Source: an uncultured Gammaproteobacteria bacterium
GTDB lineage: Bacteria > Patescibacteriota > Microgenomatia > Levybacterales > GWA1-39-11
Direction: 5' to 3'
Length of the DNA stretch: 64,000 nt
NCBI GenBank assembly: GCA_964651815.1
Contig: CAZYWG010000001.1
Location: 65,189 to 129,188 of the forward strand
The position numbers and the translations under genes were made by a program. This document shows, in pieces, positions 47,714 through 58,608 of this stretch; the stretch's first letter is position 1, and every line of letters begins with the position of its first letter. The notes beneath the pieces are model-generated. The model had not been told where the DNA came from. It searched no databases and saw only the letters and a program-made list of their open reading frames with translations.

Positions 47714-48601
47714 TTAGAACCAACCTTTTTTACCTTCTTTTTCAAATTCGTGGAGGAGTTCTTTTTGTGTACCTTTTAGTTTCTTGGGGATATGCACTTT
47801 GATTTTTACATAATGGTCGCCCCTATTTTTCCCTGAGGCCTGCTGAACTCCATGCGCTTTAATTCTTATTAATGCAGCGGGCTGCGTCCCTTCTGGAATT
47901 TTTAGCTTGACGCGTCCATCAATAGTCACTACATCAATCACGTCACCGAGCGCTGCCTGGATCATTGAAATCTCTTCTTCTGTTATTATATCTAACCCCT
48001 CTCTTACAAATTTGTTGTGGGGACGAACTGCTACGATAATATCAAAATCATCAAAACGAATTTTTGAATTACTATCAACTCCAGCCGGGATTTTTATATT
48101 TCTTGTTGCGCCATTTATATTAACTTGCTTCTCAGCTCCTTTCACAGCATCCATAAAATCAATGGTAATTGAATACGTGGGTTTGCGGCGTCCAAAAGGA
48201 GATGCCCCTCCACCAAAAAATTGCTCAAATATTTCAAATGGGTCAGAGTAACCACCAAAGTTAAAATCAAATCCCTCAGCACCCTGCCCTCCAGTTGAAT
48301 AAGTGTATGTAAATGGCCCTTGTCCTCGTTGACCTTGACCGCCAAACGGTCCACCCGCACCGCCAAACGGATTCCCGCCGTCAAATGCAGAAGGTCCAAA
48401 TTGATCATATTGCTGTTTTTTTGCAGGATCAGACAAAACCTCATAGGCTTTATTAATTTCTTTAAATTTCTCTTCCGCCTCTTTTGATTTGTTGCGGTCA
48501 GGATGATATTGAAGAGCAAGTTTTCTATACGCGCGTTTTATTTCGTCGGGCGCGGCCGTTTTTGCTACTCCCAAGAGCTCGTAAAAATCCGTTTCAGCCA
48601 T
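47714..48601 (-). CDS. J-domain co-chaperone (DnaJ/CbpA type II, no Zn-finger)
   Basis: 'DFYELLGV...[17 protein letters not shown]' HPD motif. G/F-rich region. C-terminal substrate-binding domains. No CxxCxGxG repeats. Confidence 0.75.
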   Translation of the reverse strand: MAETDFYELLGVAKTAAPDEIKRAYRKLALQYHPDRNKSKEAEEKFKEINKAYEVLSDPAKKQQYDQFGPSAFDGGNPFGGAGGPFGGQGQRGQGPFTYTYSTGGQGAEGFDFNFGGYSDPFEIFEQFFGGGASPFGRRKPTYSITIDFMDAVKGAEKQVNINGATRNIKIPAGVDSNSKIRFDDFDIIVAVRPHNKFVREGLDIITEEEISMIQAALGDVIDVVTIDGRVKLKIPEGTQPAALIRIKAHGVQQASGKNRGDHYVKIKVHIPKKLKGTQKELLHEFEKEGKKGWF

Positions 48602-48672
48602 GAAGTATATTTTAGCAGAACTAACAACCGTTTGCCAGCCCTGTTAAATTAACCTTACTATTAATTGAAGAA

Positions 48673-50601
48673 TTAATTTGGCGTACAAACAAGATCGCCA
48701 ATTGTAATTGCTCCGGCAGATGTCTGATTATTACTCCGCGGCTTACAAGAATAAGTTGCGCCTGATCCAGATCGAGTGGATGGAGACGTACTATTTGGAG
48801 TAGGAGTTGGAGTAGCCACCGTACCCGGAGGGACAGGAAAACTAACAGCGGCACTTGGCTGGTCTTGATCAAGCGTAAATGGAGCTGTACTCATTGCCCT
48901 TTGCCCGGAAATTATAATACTAACCGTATAGCTTCCAAACGGAATGTTTGAGAATGACAAATTCCCATTTGTGTCTGTGGTGGTTGAAAGATTCTCCTCT
49001 CCATCGGTTGTAATTTGTGCATTTGTAATTGCTCGCTCCCCTAGGTCACGTGTTCCGTTTGAATTGTTATCAACATATGCTTCACCTTTTATTTCACCGG
49101 CTCCGGATCGGAAAGTTGAAGGACTTACGCTTTGCGAGCTTGTTGAAACAGGCTGAGTAATAATTGGAAGCCCTTGACAAACATTCAGTGCATTTTGAAT
49201 ATTAAGCCTTTTTCCAATAGGCTTATTTTTTTCTTGAACAATTGTGTCAGCACCCTTCATTAAACAATTTTTTACCTGATCAAAAGTTAAATTGGGCTTT
49301 TTGGAAAGAAGGAGAGCAATTGCAGCTGTTACATGAGGAGCAGACATACTTGTACCGTTTTTTGGTGCATAACCGGCAGGAAATATAGATAAAGGTACAG
49401 TTGACCAAATTCCTGTTCCGGGAGCGGATAAATCAACTTTTGTTCCATAGTTAGAGGCGTCGGTCTCTGAACTCCATGTTGCACGTTTATCATTTTGGTC
49501 CGTTGCCCCTACAACAATAACGCCATTGCAAGATGGTGGAGTTTCATTCTTGGCGTCCTGCCCTTCATTGCCAGCCGCAGTAACTATGATAACGCCCTTT
49601 CTACGCGCATAATTCACAACGTCTTGATAATTCTTGACTTGTGGATCAGAGCAAGGGACAACTGCTGTGAGGCTCAAATTAATTATTTTCGCGCCGTTAT
49701 CAGTAGCCCAAACTATCCCTTTTTCAATGTTTCCAATATCCCCAGTTTTATCTTCAATTGCTTTAATTGCCATAAGCGTAACATTCCAATTCATTCCGGA
49801 TACACCAATTTTATTGTTTGTCACGGCACCTATGGTCCCTGCAACATGTGTACCGTGCCCCGCATCGTCCTTTGGATCTTGATCAATCGATTTTGGACGA
49901 ATGCATTTTGAAGCATCATTATTACTGTATTCGTAACAATCCGTATAGTCAGGACCTTTTATAATTGTGCGTCCCGCAAAATCAGGATGTGTATAGTCTA
50001 TCCCTGTATCAACTACAGCTACTTTTACGGAATTTGCTCCATGGGTAATATTCCAAGCCGCAGGTACAGCAATTTTTTGCAAATCCCATTGTATTGAAAA
50101 CTCAGGATCGTTTGGTTGTGGTGTACTCCTTGTTTCAATAAGAAAATTAGGTCCAAATGATACAATTTGTTTAAAATTTTGGAGAGAAGAAATTATATTT
50201 TTGAGATTACTGTCAGGCTTAAGATTTAAAAGATAATAATTTTTAAGAGTAGCATCATTTGTATCAAAAAGCTTCTCCTGTGAAATAACTCCAATTTCCG
50301 AAAGTTTATTATTAAGTATTGCTAAATCATCTTTTGTATATAAATTTTCATACTCAACAATAAGTTGATCTGCTACGTATCTCGCTTTTGGGAAAATACT
50401 TTCTCTTGCAACTATTTTATTAATACTGTCGTTTTTGCCAGTCTCTGAAATTACTAATAAAATCAGCGGAGCAATAAGCAAAATAGAGATTAAAACAAGG
50501 AGTGGAATAATTATTTTTTTGTTGTTTAAATTTAAGTTTTGGAGAGTCAAAAAATTTTTGAGGCGGGAAGCATTAGAGATAAATTTTTGTACGGAAAACA
50601 T
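48673..50601 (-). CDS. Subtilisin-like serine protease (S8) with N-terminal TM, TP-linker and C-terminal beta-sandwich domain
   Basis: 'VVDTGIDYTHPDF' (Asp), 'HGTHVAGTIGA' (His), 'GTSMSAPHVTAAIALL' (Ser). 'ATPTPTPNSTSPST' linker. Confidence 0.8.
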   Translation of the reverse strand: MFSVQKFISNASRLKNFLTLQNLNLNNKKIIIPLLVLISILLIAPLILLVISETGKNDSINKIVARESIFPKARYVADQLIVEYENLYTKDDLAILNNKLSEIGVISQEKLFDTNDATLKNYYLLNLKPDSNLKNIISSLQNFKQIVSFGPNFLIETRSTPQPNDPEFSIQWDLQKIAVPAAWNITHGANSVKVAVVDTGIDYTHPDFAGRTIIKGPDYTDCYEYSNNDASKCIRPKSIDQDPKDDAGHGTHVAGTIGAVTNNKIGVSGMNWNVTLMAIKAIEDKTGDIGNIEKGIVWATDNGAKIINLSLTAVVPCSDPQVKNYQDVVNYARRKGVIIVTAAGNEGQDAKNETPPSCNGVIVVGATDQNDKRATWSSETDASNYGTKVDLSAPGTGIWSTVPLSIFPAGYAPKNGTSMSAPHVTAAIALLLSKKPNLTFDQVKNCLMKGADTIVQEKNKPIGKRLNIQNALNVCQGLPIITQPVSTSSQSVSPSTFRSGAGEIKGEAYVDNNSNGTRDLGERAITNAQITTDGEENLSTTTDTNGNLSFSNIPFGSYTVSIIISGQRAMSTAPFTLDQDQPSAAVSFPVPPGTVATPTPTPNSTSPSTRSGSGATYSCKPRSNNQTSAGAITIGDLVCTPN

Positions 50602-50606
50602 AACTT

Positions 50607-53492
50607 TTACTCCGTGCGCTGCATTTGCGAACCATCCATCCCAATGTTTGGAGCATCTGTTTGCGGAGGAACACCCATTGGCGCTGGCGGGGGTACAATT
50701 CCACTCATGTCCGCGCCATAAATGGGCTCGGGGGGAGTGTTTTGGACACCAATATTAGGGTTTACGTTTTGTCCGGGCCCTGTTGGGAAAGTGCCGGGCG
50801 CGGCCTGGGGTGGTGCTTGCTGCGGAACCTGCTGATTTATAGGCATATTATTTTGAGCGGGTAAACCGTTCTGCACGGGTACTCCATTTTGCGCGGGTCC
50901 ACCAGCTTGGGGAGTAACTGGTTGAGCTTGAGCTTTTGAAAAAGTAAACTTATTTTTTGCAGAATCAAAATTAATTAGAATTGTCTCACCCGGAACAAAA
51001 TTTTTACTTATTATTTCAAGTGAAATAGGGTTTTCAATAGCGGATTGAATAAGACGCCTCAATGGACGCGCTCCGTAAACCGGGTCATAACCTTCTTTTG
51101 ACAACTCGGAAAGTGCGGATTCTGTAATTTGCAATTCAAACCCTTGGTCTTTGAGAAGTTTTCTTGTTTTTCCAATGTTAAGTTTTGCAATTTGATTCAT
51201 GTCTGAAGGTCCAAGTGGTTTAAAAACTACAAGCTCGTCAAAACGGTTCAAAAGTTCTGGCCTGAAAAACTTATGAAGCTCATCCATCAACGTTTTTGAA
51301 AGTTCTGCAAATTTTTTATCAAAATCGGCCGGTGTGAGATTCTCTCCGCCTTCTGACAATTCTTTTTGGATAGTTGCGCTACCTATATTTGACGTTGCAA
51401 TAACTACAGTATTTTTAAATGAAACCGTATTACCTTTGTTATCCGTTAGGCGCCCGTCTTCAAGAAGCTGAAGTAAAATATTGAAAACGTCTGGATGCGC
51501 TTTTTCAACTTCATCAAGCAATACTATTGAATAAGGTTTTGTCCTGACTGCTTCTGTAAGTTGGCCACCTTCTTCATATCCAACATATCCAGGAGGAGCA
51601 CCTATTAGCTTTGCAACTTCGTGTTTCTCCATGTATTCAGACATATCAAGCCTGATCATTGCTTCTTCTTTGCCGAATAAAATCTCTGCCATTGTTTTTG
51701 CAAGTTCAGTTTTACCAACTCCTGTAGGTCCCAAAAATATAAAAGACGCGATTGGTCTATTTGCAGCGGATAAACCGATTCTGCCGCGGCGTATCGCTTC
51801 TGCAATTGCAACAACTGCCTCTTCTTGATCAACAAATCTTTTATGAATCAGATCTTCCATGTGAATCAATTTTTGGCTTTCATCTTCAGTAAGCTTTGTA
51901 ATTGGAATTCCTGTCCAAGCGGAGACTACGCGTTCAATATCCTCTTTTGTAACCTGCCCTACTTGGCCCTGTAAAGCTGCGTGTCTTTTCCCTTCACCTA
52001 TTTCAAGTTTTACTTCAGCCCCCGCTTCATCTAACAAATCAACTGCTTTATCAGGCAAAAAACGCTCGCCAACATACTTTTTGGAAAGGTGAACTGCTGC
52101 TTCAAGAGCCGCGGGTGAATACGTTACAGAATGGAATTTTTCATACTTTGGTAGAAGCACTTTTAACATTTCTATTGCAACATCTTCACTTGGTTCTTCA
52201 ACCAAAACGGACTGAAATCTTCTTTCAAATGCTTTATCTTTTTCAAAATATTTTCTGTATTCGGCAGTAGTTGTTGTCCCAATCAGTTGTATTTGTCCTC
52301 TCGCAAGATATGGTTTTATAATATTTGAAGCATCCATTGTGCCCTCGCTATCTCCCGCACCAATCAGAGAATGGATTTCATCAATAAATAAAATTGTTTG
52401 CCCGCCTGATGCCTGTGCTTCTTTTATAACCCCCTTGAAACGCTCTTCAAATTCTCCCCTGTGAGAAGCTCCGGCAATTAAAGACGCTAGATCAAGCTGC
52501 ATAATTTTTCTTCCTGCAAGATCTTTAGGAATTGACCCATCAGCAATTTTTTGTGCAAGCCCTTCTACAATTGCAGTTTTTCCTGTTCCAGCCTCTCCTA
52601 TTATTATTGGATTATTTTTAGAACGCCTTAAAAGTATATGAATTAACCTTTCAATTTCCCTATCTCTCCCCGTAACAGGATCAAGTCTCCCCTCTTTTGC
52701 TTCAAGAGTTAAGTCAATGCTGTATTTTTCAATCATTGATTTTTTACCGACCGCATAATCTGTGCTTTTTGAAAGTTTTTCTTCCACTCCTCCTTTTTCA
52801 AGACCCTTTGACTTAAGATATTCGGCAGTTGATGCTGCGGAAAATACGGAAAGCATAATGTCTTCTGGCGCTACAAAACTTGACGCACGAAGCTTTGCAG
52901 TATTGTAGGCTTCTTCCATAATTTGTTTTGATGGATCGGAAAGCGTTGGTTGTCCGGCGAATGTACCCTTTATTTGCTTTGTTTCTATTTCTTGCGAGAT
53001 TTTTGCGACATCAACTGAGAATTGTTCTAGAAGTTTAAAAATCTCTCCATCATATACAAGCCCATAAAGTATATGGTCAGGAGTAATTTGTGCTTGCCCG
53101 CTTTTTTTTGCTAATGTTTGTGCTTGATGTAAGACTTGTGTTGCGCGCGGATCAAGACGTGACAACGCGGTAAGATTTTCACGCGCTGCAGGACTTGATG
53201 TTAGGTTACTTTGACCAACACCCGTGTTTTGTCCTACTTCCTGGTTTGGAATTTGCCCTTGTGGCTGCATGGGCTGATTTTGTATAGGCATATTAGCTGG
53301 CGGAACTGTCACGTTAATTGCTTCGGTAACTTTTGGAGAATTTCCAAAAAAATCAGACGACGAGCTCTGTTCAACTTTTATTTCAGCACTTGCTACATTG
53401 GCTGGGCTGACTACGTCAGCTTGACCATTCTGGTTTTGAATCGGCTGCGGGTCTCCGGGTGTTCTTTTTGAATTAAATAAATTTCCTAACAT
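50607..53492 (-). CDS. clpC: ClpC/ClpB-family AAA+ chaperone ATPase with Q/N/P-rich N- and C-terminal low-complexity extensions
   Basis: Clp_N repeats. D1 'IIGEAGTGKTAIVEGLA'. D2 'LGPTGVGKTELAKTMA'. Short middle domain. Tails 'PIQNQPMQPQGQIPNQ' and 'PQAGGPAQNGVPVQNGLPAQNN'. Confidence 0.8.
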   Translation of the reverse strand: MLGNLFNSKRTPGDPQPIQNQNGQADVVSPANVASAEIKVEQSSSSDFFGNSPKVTEAINVTVPPANMPIQNQPMQPQGQIPNQEVGQNTGVGQSNLTSSPAARENLTALSRLDPRATQVLHQAQTLAKKSGQAQITPDHILYGLVYDGEIFKLLEQFSVDVAKISQEIETKQIKGTFAGQPTLSDPSKQIMEEAYNTAKLRASSFVAPEDIMLSVFSAASTAEYLKSKGLEKGGVEEKLSKSTDYAVGKKSMIEKYSIDLTLEAKEGRLDPVTGRDREIERLIHILLRRSKNNPIIIGEAGTGKTAIVEGLAQKIADGSIPKDLAGRKIMQLDLASLIAGASHRGEFEERFKGVIKEAQASGGQTILFIDEIHSLIGAGDSEGTMDASNIIKPYLARGQIQLIGTTTTAEYRKYFEKDKAFERRFQSVLVEEPSEDVAIEMLKVLLPKYEKFHSVTYSPAALEAAVHLSKKYVGERFLPDKAVDLLDEAGAEVKLEIGEGKRHAALQGQVGQVTKEDIERVVSAWTGIPITKLTEDESQKLIHMEDLIHKRFVDQEEAVVAIAEAIRRGRIGLSAANRPIASFIFLGPTGVGKTELAKTMAEILFGKEEAMIRLDMSEYMEKHEVAKLIGAPPGYVGYEEGGQLTEAVRTKPYSIVLLDEVEKAHPDVFNILLQLLEDGRLTDNKGNTVSFKNTVVIATSNIGSATIQKELSEGGENLTPADFDKKFAELSKTLMDELHKFFRPELLNRFDELVVFKPLGPSDMNQIAKLNIGKTRKLLKDQGFELQITESALSELSKEGYDPVYGARPLRRLIQSAIENPISLEIISKNFVPGETILINFDSAKNKFTFSKAQAQPVTPQAGGPAQNGVPVQNGLPAQNNMPINQQVPQQAPPQAAPGTFPTGPGQNVNPNIGVQNTPPEPIYGADMSGIVPPPAPMGVPPQTDAPNIGMDGSQMQRTE

Positions 53493-53587
53493 ATTAAAAA
53501 TTTAAAAGCTAAAACTTTAAATCTATCTTAAAACATACATCGTTTGGCCAATGTTATTATATTCATATAACACCCTCTGTCGCAACC

Positions 53588-56191
53588 CTATTTGTTCTTT
53601 TCATCCCCATTACCTGTGCTTTCATCTGTTTTTGGATCGACTGTTTCTGGGTTAGGTCGATTTTCATCACTTGGCTTGCTTGAAGTCTCTGTTGGCATAA
53701 CGGGTTTCTCAATTTTTTCAGCAGCGCTCATATGTCCTGCTTCCGCTGTCACTTTTTTGCCTGTGGAAACCATAGATTCTTCTTCATTTTCTTTCTGTTG
53801 CAAGTTTGTTAGCACAGATTTCCCGGCTTCCATTTTTGCTTTAAGATAAGCAACAACTTCAGTCTTTGAAAATCCCCCTATCAAAAGGAATGGCAAAATA
53901 TTTGCAACCATATTCATTCCCTGGTCAACTCGCTCCGGCTCTATTGAATTAATTAATGCAACTGCTTGTGTGATTTTATCAATATCGTTCTTAATCCACT
54001 CTCGTCTCTCAAACTGTCTGCCGGAAAGGTCTTTTGGAGGTTCAACTGTTTGGTAGTTTTCGGTCCAAAGGCTTCTGACCTGCTCATAATCCTCAAGACT
54101 CACTTGTTGAATTCTGTTAACTGATGGCAAAGCCTGCGTTTTTTGAACAAAGGATGTGGCTTGACCAAAGGTAGTAGTTGATTGATTTGCTTTTTCTTCT
54201 TGCTCAAGTAAGCGATCAATTAGTTCATTTTCTGCTTTTGTCTTTTGGTCTAAAGTACTATCCTTGTTAACTACCTTCTCACTGGTATCAAGTATTGAAG
54301 ATGCAAGTGCATTTCCTTTTTCTTTCTCTTTCAGAAGCTGTTCTTTTAACTTTATAAACTTCTCTCTTTCAGCAGGAATTGCCAGTGTTTCAGGTCTCGC
54401 TATTTTGGTCAACGACTGTGCTATATTGGTAATTTGCTGCTGGCGATTTTGTACGTTTGATCCTGCTGCTCCACCAATTTGAGAAGCCGAAAGTAAGCTA
54501 GTTGCAAAAGTTTGAGGAGTTTGCTGTTTTTGCGACGTTACATTTGTATTAGTAATAACTTCCGATGCTTTTAGAACTGATGAGGCGATAGGATTACCTT
54601 TTTGTTTTTGCTCAAGAAGCTGCTGGCGAACTGTAGTAAATTTGTCACGTTCTGACGTAACTATTGCAGTATTTGGATTGGCAATCCTTGTCAGGTTACT
54701 CTTGAATTGGCTTGCTTCACTTCTTACAGTTGTATCTTTTGATAACATTGAAGTCTCATATTTTGCAATATCTCGCATCTTAGGTATTGATAGATTTGCA
54801 AGTTTTAGAACATCACTACTTTCTCTAGCAGATGCCTGCACGTCTGCTTTTACTTGAACCGGAGCAATTGCAGCTCCACGGCTAGCATAAAGGGGTAAGC
54901 TTCGGGCTTGACCAGCCGGTTGTGTTTGGCCGGGGGGTGGAATAGGCGATCCAGGCGGGACACCTTTTGGACCTGAAAAGAAACTCATTCCGCGATTTAC
55001 GGCCTGTTTTAAAACAACGTTGTTTCCAAAAGAAATAGTATTAAGATAGTCGAGGAAAATTTTCAAAAGCAGAAAAGGAAGGAGAATTGCAACCCAAAGC
55101 ATGAGAAGAGCTACAACGTAAAGTGCAAACGTGTCACGAAGATTTACTGAGTTATTGATCCCTATTGTCTGACCCGGACCACCAATTAATATGTTGACTG
55201 CTGTTGGATAGATAATTTTACTTGCGTCCCCGGCTGCTACTGTATCAAAAGGAAGAAGTTTCAAACCGCTTTGCCAAACAACTACAAGCCCATGCAAAAA
55301 AACGGCAAAAAGAGGCGCGTATAATAGCCACCTGAAATATTCGCCAACCCAGATTTTTGCGGTATTTCGAATTGGTTTGTAAAAAAGAAGCAAAGGGAAA
55401 ATTGGTGAGATTATGATAAAAAACCAAAGTATTATTTTCCTAATTAGAAGAATTCCGGTCATAACATAATAGGTAATAGCTGTTAAACGAACCAAAAGCA
55501 GAGTTATAAAAGCCGATTCGTCATTAACGCCAGACGGATCCATAAGTCTATAACCTACAAAATTTTTGTAATCAAAACCCATGTATAAAAGGTCACTTGT
55601 TGTTATGAAATGTGTAGTGGCAGCACCCACACTTTTGACACTCAGGAAAAATCCTTGAACAATGTCACTTATTTGATATATAAATTGCACAAGAGAAAAA
55701 GAGAAAGCTACAAGAAGCACAATAAACACAAACCTGGGGATAAATCGCATTACTGTAATGTTTTGTCCGCGTGTAATAACTAAAATGAATGCCGTTCCCA
55801 ATACAAATAATGCCACCATTGCAAATACAATATTTCTTATAAGAACCCAGAAGGGAATGAGTGGATCATTTGTATTGTCGCAATTATTTTCCGACTTTTT
55901 AGCAACACAAAGCCAGTTATAATTTTGTAGAGTCCAATCAAGAAAGTCCCCTGATCTTGACGCAGTTTTTCCAACAAAAGTTACTTCAGGATCTGGCTGC
56001 CAACCTGTTGGGGCAGGTGTAGTACCAACGCCTAACGCAGGTAATGGGGTCGGCGTAGGAGTATCAGCATGTACAAACGGGATGTTAGAAAATAAAAAAG
56101 ATAGTGCGATAACAAAGATTAGTAAAATGGGCAGTATTCTTTTCATAACACTATTGACTAATTCCCGGAACTTGCAGAATTTGACCTGCAA
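53588..56191 (-). CDS. VirB6/TrbL-like polytopic membrane protein with C-terminal repeat-containing hydrophilic domain (start may be the internal Met at 56146)
   Basis: Signal peptide, 'DTPTPTPLP' linker and about 7 TM helices. The C-terminal about 350 aa hold two ~45-aa internal repeats ('IANPNTAIVTSERDKF...', 'IARPETLAIPAEREKF...'). Immediately downstream of a VirB2-like pilin gene. Confidence 0.4.
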   Translation of the reverse strand: MQVKFCKFRELVNSVMKRILPILLIFVIALSFLFSNIPFVHADTPTPTPLPALGVGTTPAPTGWQPDPEVTFVGKTASRSGDFLDWTLQNYNWLCVAKKSENNCDNTNDPLIPFWVLIRNIVFAMVALFVLGTAFILVITRGQNITVMRFIPRFVFIVLLVAFSFSLVQFIYQISDIVQGFFLSVKSVGAATTHFITTSDLLYMGFDYKNFVGYRLMDPSGVNDESAFITLLLVRLTAITYYVMTGILLIRKIILWFFIIISPIFPLLLFYKPIRNTAKIWVGEYFRWLLYAPLFAVFLHGLVVVWQSGLKLLPFDTVAAGDASKIIYPTAVNILIGGPGQTIGINNSVNLRDTFALYVVALLMLWVAILLPFLLLKIFLDYLNTISFGNNVVLKQAVNRGMSFFSGPKGVPPGSPIPPPGQTQPAGQARSLPLYASRGAAIAPVQVKADVQASARESSDVLKLANLSIPKMRDIAKYETSMLSKDTTVRSEASQFKSNLTRIANPNTAIVTSERDKFTTVRQQLLEQKQKGNPIASSVLKASEVITNTNVTSQKQQTPQTFATSLLSASQIGGAAGSNVQNRQQQITNIAQSLTKIARPETLAIPAEREKFIKLKEQLLKEKEKGNALASSILDTSEKVVNKDSTLDQKTKAENELIDRLLEQEEKANQSTTTFGQATSFVQKTQALPSVNRIQQVSLEDYEQVRSLWTENYQTVEPPKDLSGRQFERREWIKNDIDKITQAVALINSIEPERVDQGMNMVANILPFLLIGGFSKTEVVAYLKAKMEAGKSVLTNLQQKENEEESMVSTGKKVTAEAGHMSAAEKIEKPVMPTETSSKPSDENRPNPETVDPKTDESTGNGDEKNK

Positions 56192-56537
56192 TTATTTCAA
56201 TAAATACAAATCCAAAAATAGCGAGTAATAATCCAATTATTGAATAAATAATGAAAGATTTTCCTTTTTGCAGCTGCTCTAAATTTCCTCGTGACATCAT
56301 TACAAAATACCCACCAATTATCATGAATATTATTGCTACAAATCCTATCAGCCAAATTCCGATTGCGTAAATGTCTGAAACAAATTGCACAGGCTCTGTG
56401 TGAATACAACCAAGATCAGTACTCATTTGATCAGAAGGACAAGGAGTTGGAGTAGGATTAACGGCGTACGCCGGCGCTGGTAGCAAAAACGAGCCAAAAA
56501 TTACAAATGTCGATAAAAAAATCAATATCTTTTTCAT
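56151..56537 (-). CDS. VirB2/TrbC-like pilin (T4SS-type)
   Basis: Signal peptide '...PAPAYA'. Then 'NPTPTPCP', then two hydrophobic helices separated by the charged loop 'SRGNLEQLQKGK'. About 100-aa mature length. Confidence 0.4.
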   Translation of the reverse strand: MKKILIFLSTFVIFGSFLLPAPAYAVNPTPTPCPSDQMSTDLGCIHTEPVQFVSDIYAIGIWLIGFVAIIFMIIGGYFVMMSRGNLEQLQKGKSFIIYSIIGLLLAIFGFVFIEIIAGQILQVPGISQ

Positions 56538-56616
56538 ACAAGAGAATTCCGCGCAAAACGGCTCATATAATCATCCTACCAAAACGCTTGAAATCACACA
56601 AGGGGAATAAGAGAGT

Positions 56617-58560
56617 TTAGTTTACGACTTCGCCTTCTTCAGGTTTATCGTTGCCTTTTTTAGATTTTGGACTTTCTTCTGTTTTTTCCGAATCATCCGT
56701 CTTCTGTGTTCCGTCGTCCGAACCTTGTGCTTCTTGTCCAGAATCAGACGAACTGGCGCCCGGATTTTGATTCTCGTACATTTGCGAACCTATTTTTTGT
56801 AACGCATCAGACAGAGCACTTGTTTTTGTTTCGATTTCCGATTTATCATCCTTATCTTTTACGTCTCTTAGTTCTTTTATTTTTGCCTCGATTTCCGATT
56901 TATCTTCACTTTTAACTTTATCTCCCATATCTTTTAGTGATTTTTCTGCTGTGAAGATTAACGCGTCGGCCGAATTTTTAGCATCAACCATTTCTTTTTT
57001 CTTTGCATCCTCATCAGCATGCATCTCCGCTTGTTTGGTCATCTCCTCAACTTCATCTTTAGAAAGTCCCGTTGAACCTGTAATTTTAATGGATTGCTCT
57101 TTGCCTGTTGCTTTATCTTTTGCCTTGACAGATAAGATTCCTGATGCATCAATATCAAAAGTTACCTCAACTTGTGGGACCCCACGCGGAGCCGGTGGAA
57201 TACCATCCAGAATAAATCGGCCAAGTGATTTATTATCTGCTGCCATTGGGCGTTCTCCTTGGACAACATTTATTTCAACTTGTGTTTGATTATCAGCTGC
57301 AGTTGAAAAAACTTGGGATTTTTTACTTGGTATCGTTGTATTCCTCTCAATTAGAGGTGTTGCAACCGATCCCATAGTCTCAATTCCAAGAGTAAGAGGA
57401 GTTACATCCAAAAGCAAAACATCTTTTACTTCTCCCCCCAAAACCCCTGCCTGGACAGCTGCTCCAATTGCAACAACTTCATCCGGATTAACGGATTTGT
57501 TGGGTTCTTTTCCAAAAAAGCTAGTTACAGCTTCAATTACCTTGGGCATGCGAGTCATACCACCAACCAAAATTATTTCGTCAATCTTACTTTTATCTAC
57601 ACCCGAGTCTTTAAGCGCTGCTTTTACGGGTTCTAAAGTGTTTTGAATTAACGGGTCAACTAAGCTTTCAAGCTTTGCGCGCGTTAACTTCATTGTAAGG
57701 TGGAGTGGACCAGATGGTCCAACTGTTATAAATGGTTGGTTAATTTCCGCTTCCAAAGAGCTAGATAATTCAATTTTTGCTTTTTCCGCTGCTTCTTTAA
57801 GTCTTTGAAGAGCTTGTGGATCAGTACGTAAATCTATGTTGTTTTCTTTTTTAAATTCATCGGCAATATATGAGATTAAAACTTGGTCAAAATCATCTCC
57901 CCCTAGATGGGTGTCCCCGTTTGTTGCTTTGACTTCATAAACTCCCTCACCAAGTTCTAGAATTGAGATATCAAATGTTCCACCACCCAAATCATAAACA
58001 GCAATTGTGTGCGCGTGTTTTTTATCAAGTCCATAAGCAAGAGCTGCTGCCGTTGGCTCATTTATAATTCGTAAAACTTCTAAACCTGCAATTTCACCCG
58101 CTTGCTTTGTAGCTTGGCGCTGCGCGTCATCAAAATATGCTGGGACTGTGATTACGGCCTGAGTGACTTTATCACCAAGATATGATTCCGCATCACTCTT
58201 TAATTTTTGAAGAATCATTGCCGAAATTTCTTGGGGTGTATACGTTTTTCCTTCAACTTCAACGATTGCCATGCCGTCACGTCCGGATTTTATTGCATAA
58301 GGTAAAAGTTTTTTGTCACGTTCTACGGATTTATCAGTTGCCTTGTGACCCATTAAACGCTTGATTGAATAAATGATTCTTTTGGGCTTTAGAACCATCT
58401 GACGTTTTGCCACATCCCCAACTACGCGGTCTACAGGATCCACAACGGATGGCGTAACATTACGCCCTTCAGCCGAAAAAATTACTTTGGGACTTCCGCC
58501 CTCCATGACTGCGACACATGAATTTGTTGTTCCTAAATCTATTCCTATTATTTTTGCCAT
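56617..58560 (-). CDS. dnaK: Hsp70 chaperone DnaK
   Basis: '[14 protein letters not shown]', '[10 protein letters not shown]', '[13 protein letters not shown]'. C-terminal lid plus acidic tail. Confidence 0.95.
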   Translation of the reverse strand: MAKIIGIDLGTTNSCVAVMEGGSPKVIFSAEGRNVTPSVVDPVDRVVGDVAKRQMVLKPKRIIYSIKRLMGHKATDKSVERDKKLLPYAIKSGRDGMAIVEVEGKTYTPQEISAMILQKLKSDAESYLGDKVTQAVITVPAYFDDAQRQATKQAGEIAGLEVLRIINEPTAAALAYGLDKKHAHTIAVYDLGGGTFDISILELGEGVYEVKATNGDTHLGGDDFDQVLISYIADEFKKENNIDLRTDPQALQRLKEAAEKAKIELSSSLEAEINQPFITVGPSGPLHLTMKLTRAKLESLVDPLIQNTLEPVKAALKDSGVDKSKIDEIILVGGMTRMPKVIEAVTSFFGKEPNKSVNPDEVVAIGAAVQAGVLGGEVKDVLLLDVTPLTLGIETMGSVATPLIERNTTIPSKKSQVFSTAADNQTQVEINVVQGERPMAADNKSLGRFILDGIPPAPRGVPQVEVTFDIDASGILSVKAKDKATGKEQSIKITGSTGLSKDEVEEMTKQAEMHADEDAKKKEMVDAKNSADALIFTAEKSLKDMGDKVKSEDKSEIEAKIKELRDVKDKDDKSEIETKTSALSDALQKIGSQMYENQNPGASSSDSGQEAQGSDDGTQKTDDSEKTEESPKSKKGNDKPEEGEVVN

Positions 58561-58608
58561 ATTTTGTTAGATACTAGAATACTATTTTTTTTCTTTAGTT
58601 GCTAGTAT

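Noticed and set aside
48621-48872. 83-aa minus ORF at the subtilase 3' end
   Set aside because: It overlaps the C-terminal domain of the S8 protease in another frame and is low-complexity L/Q-rich.
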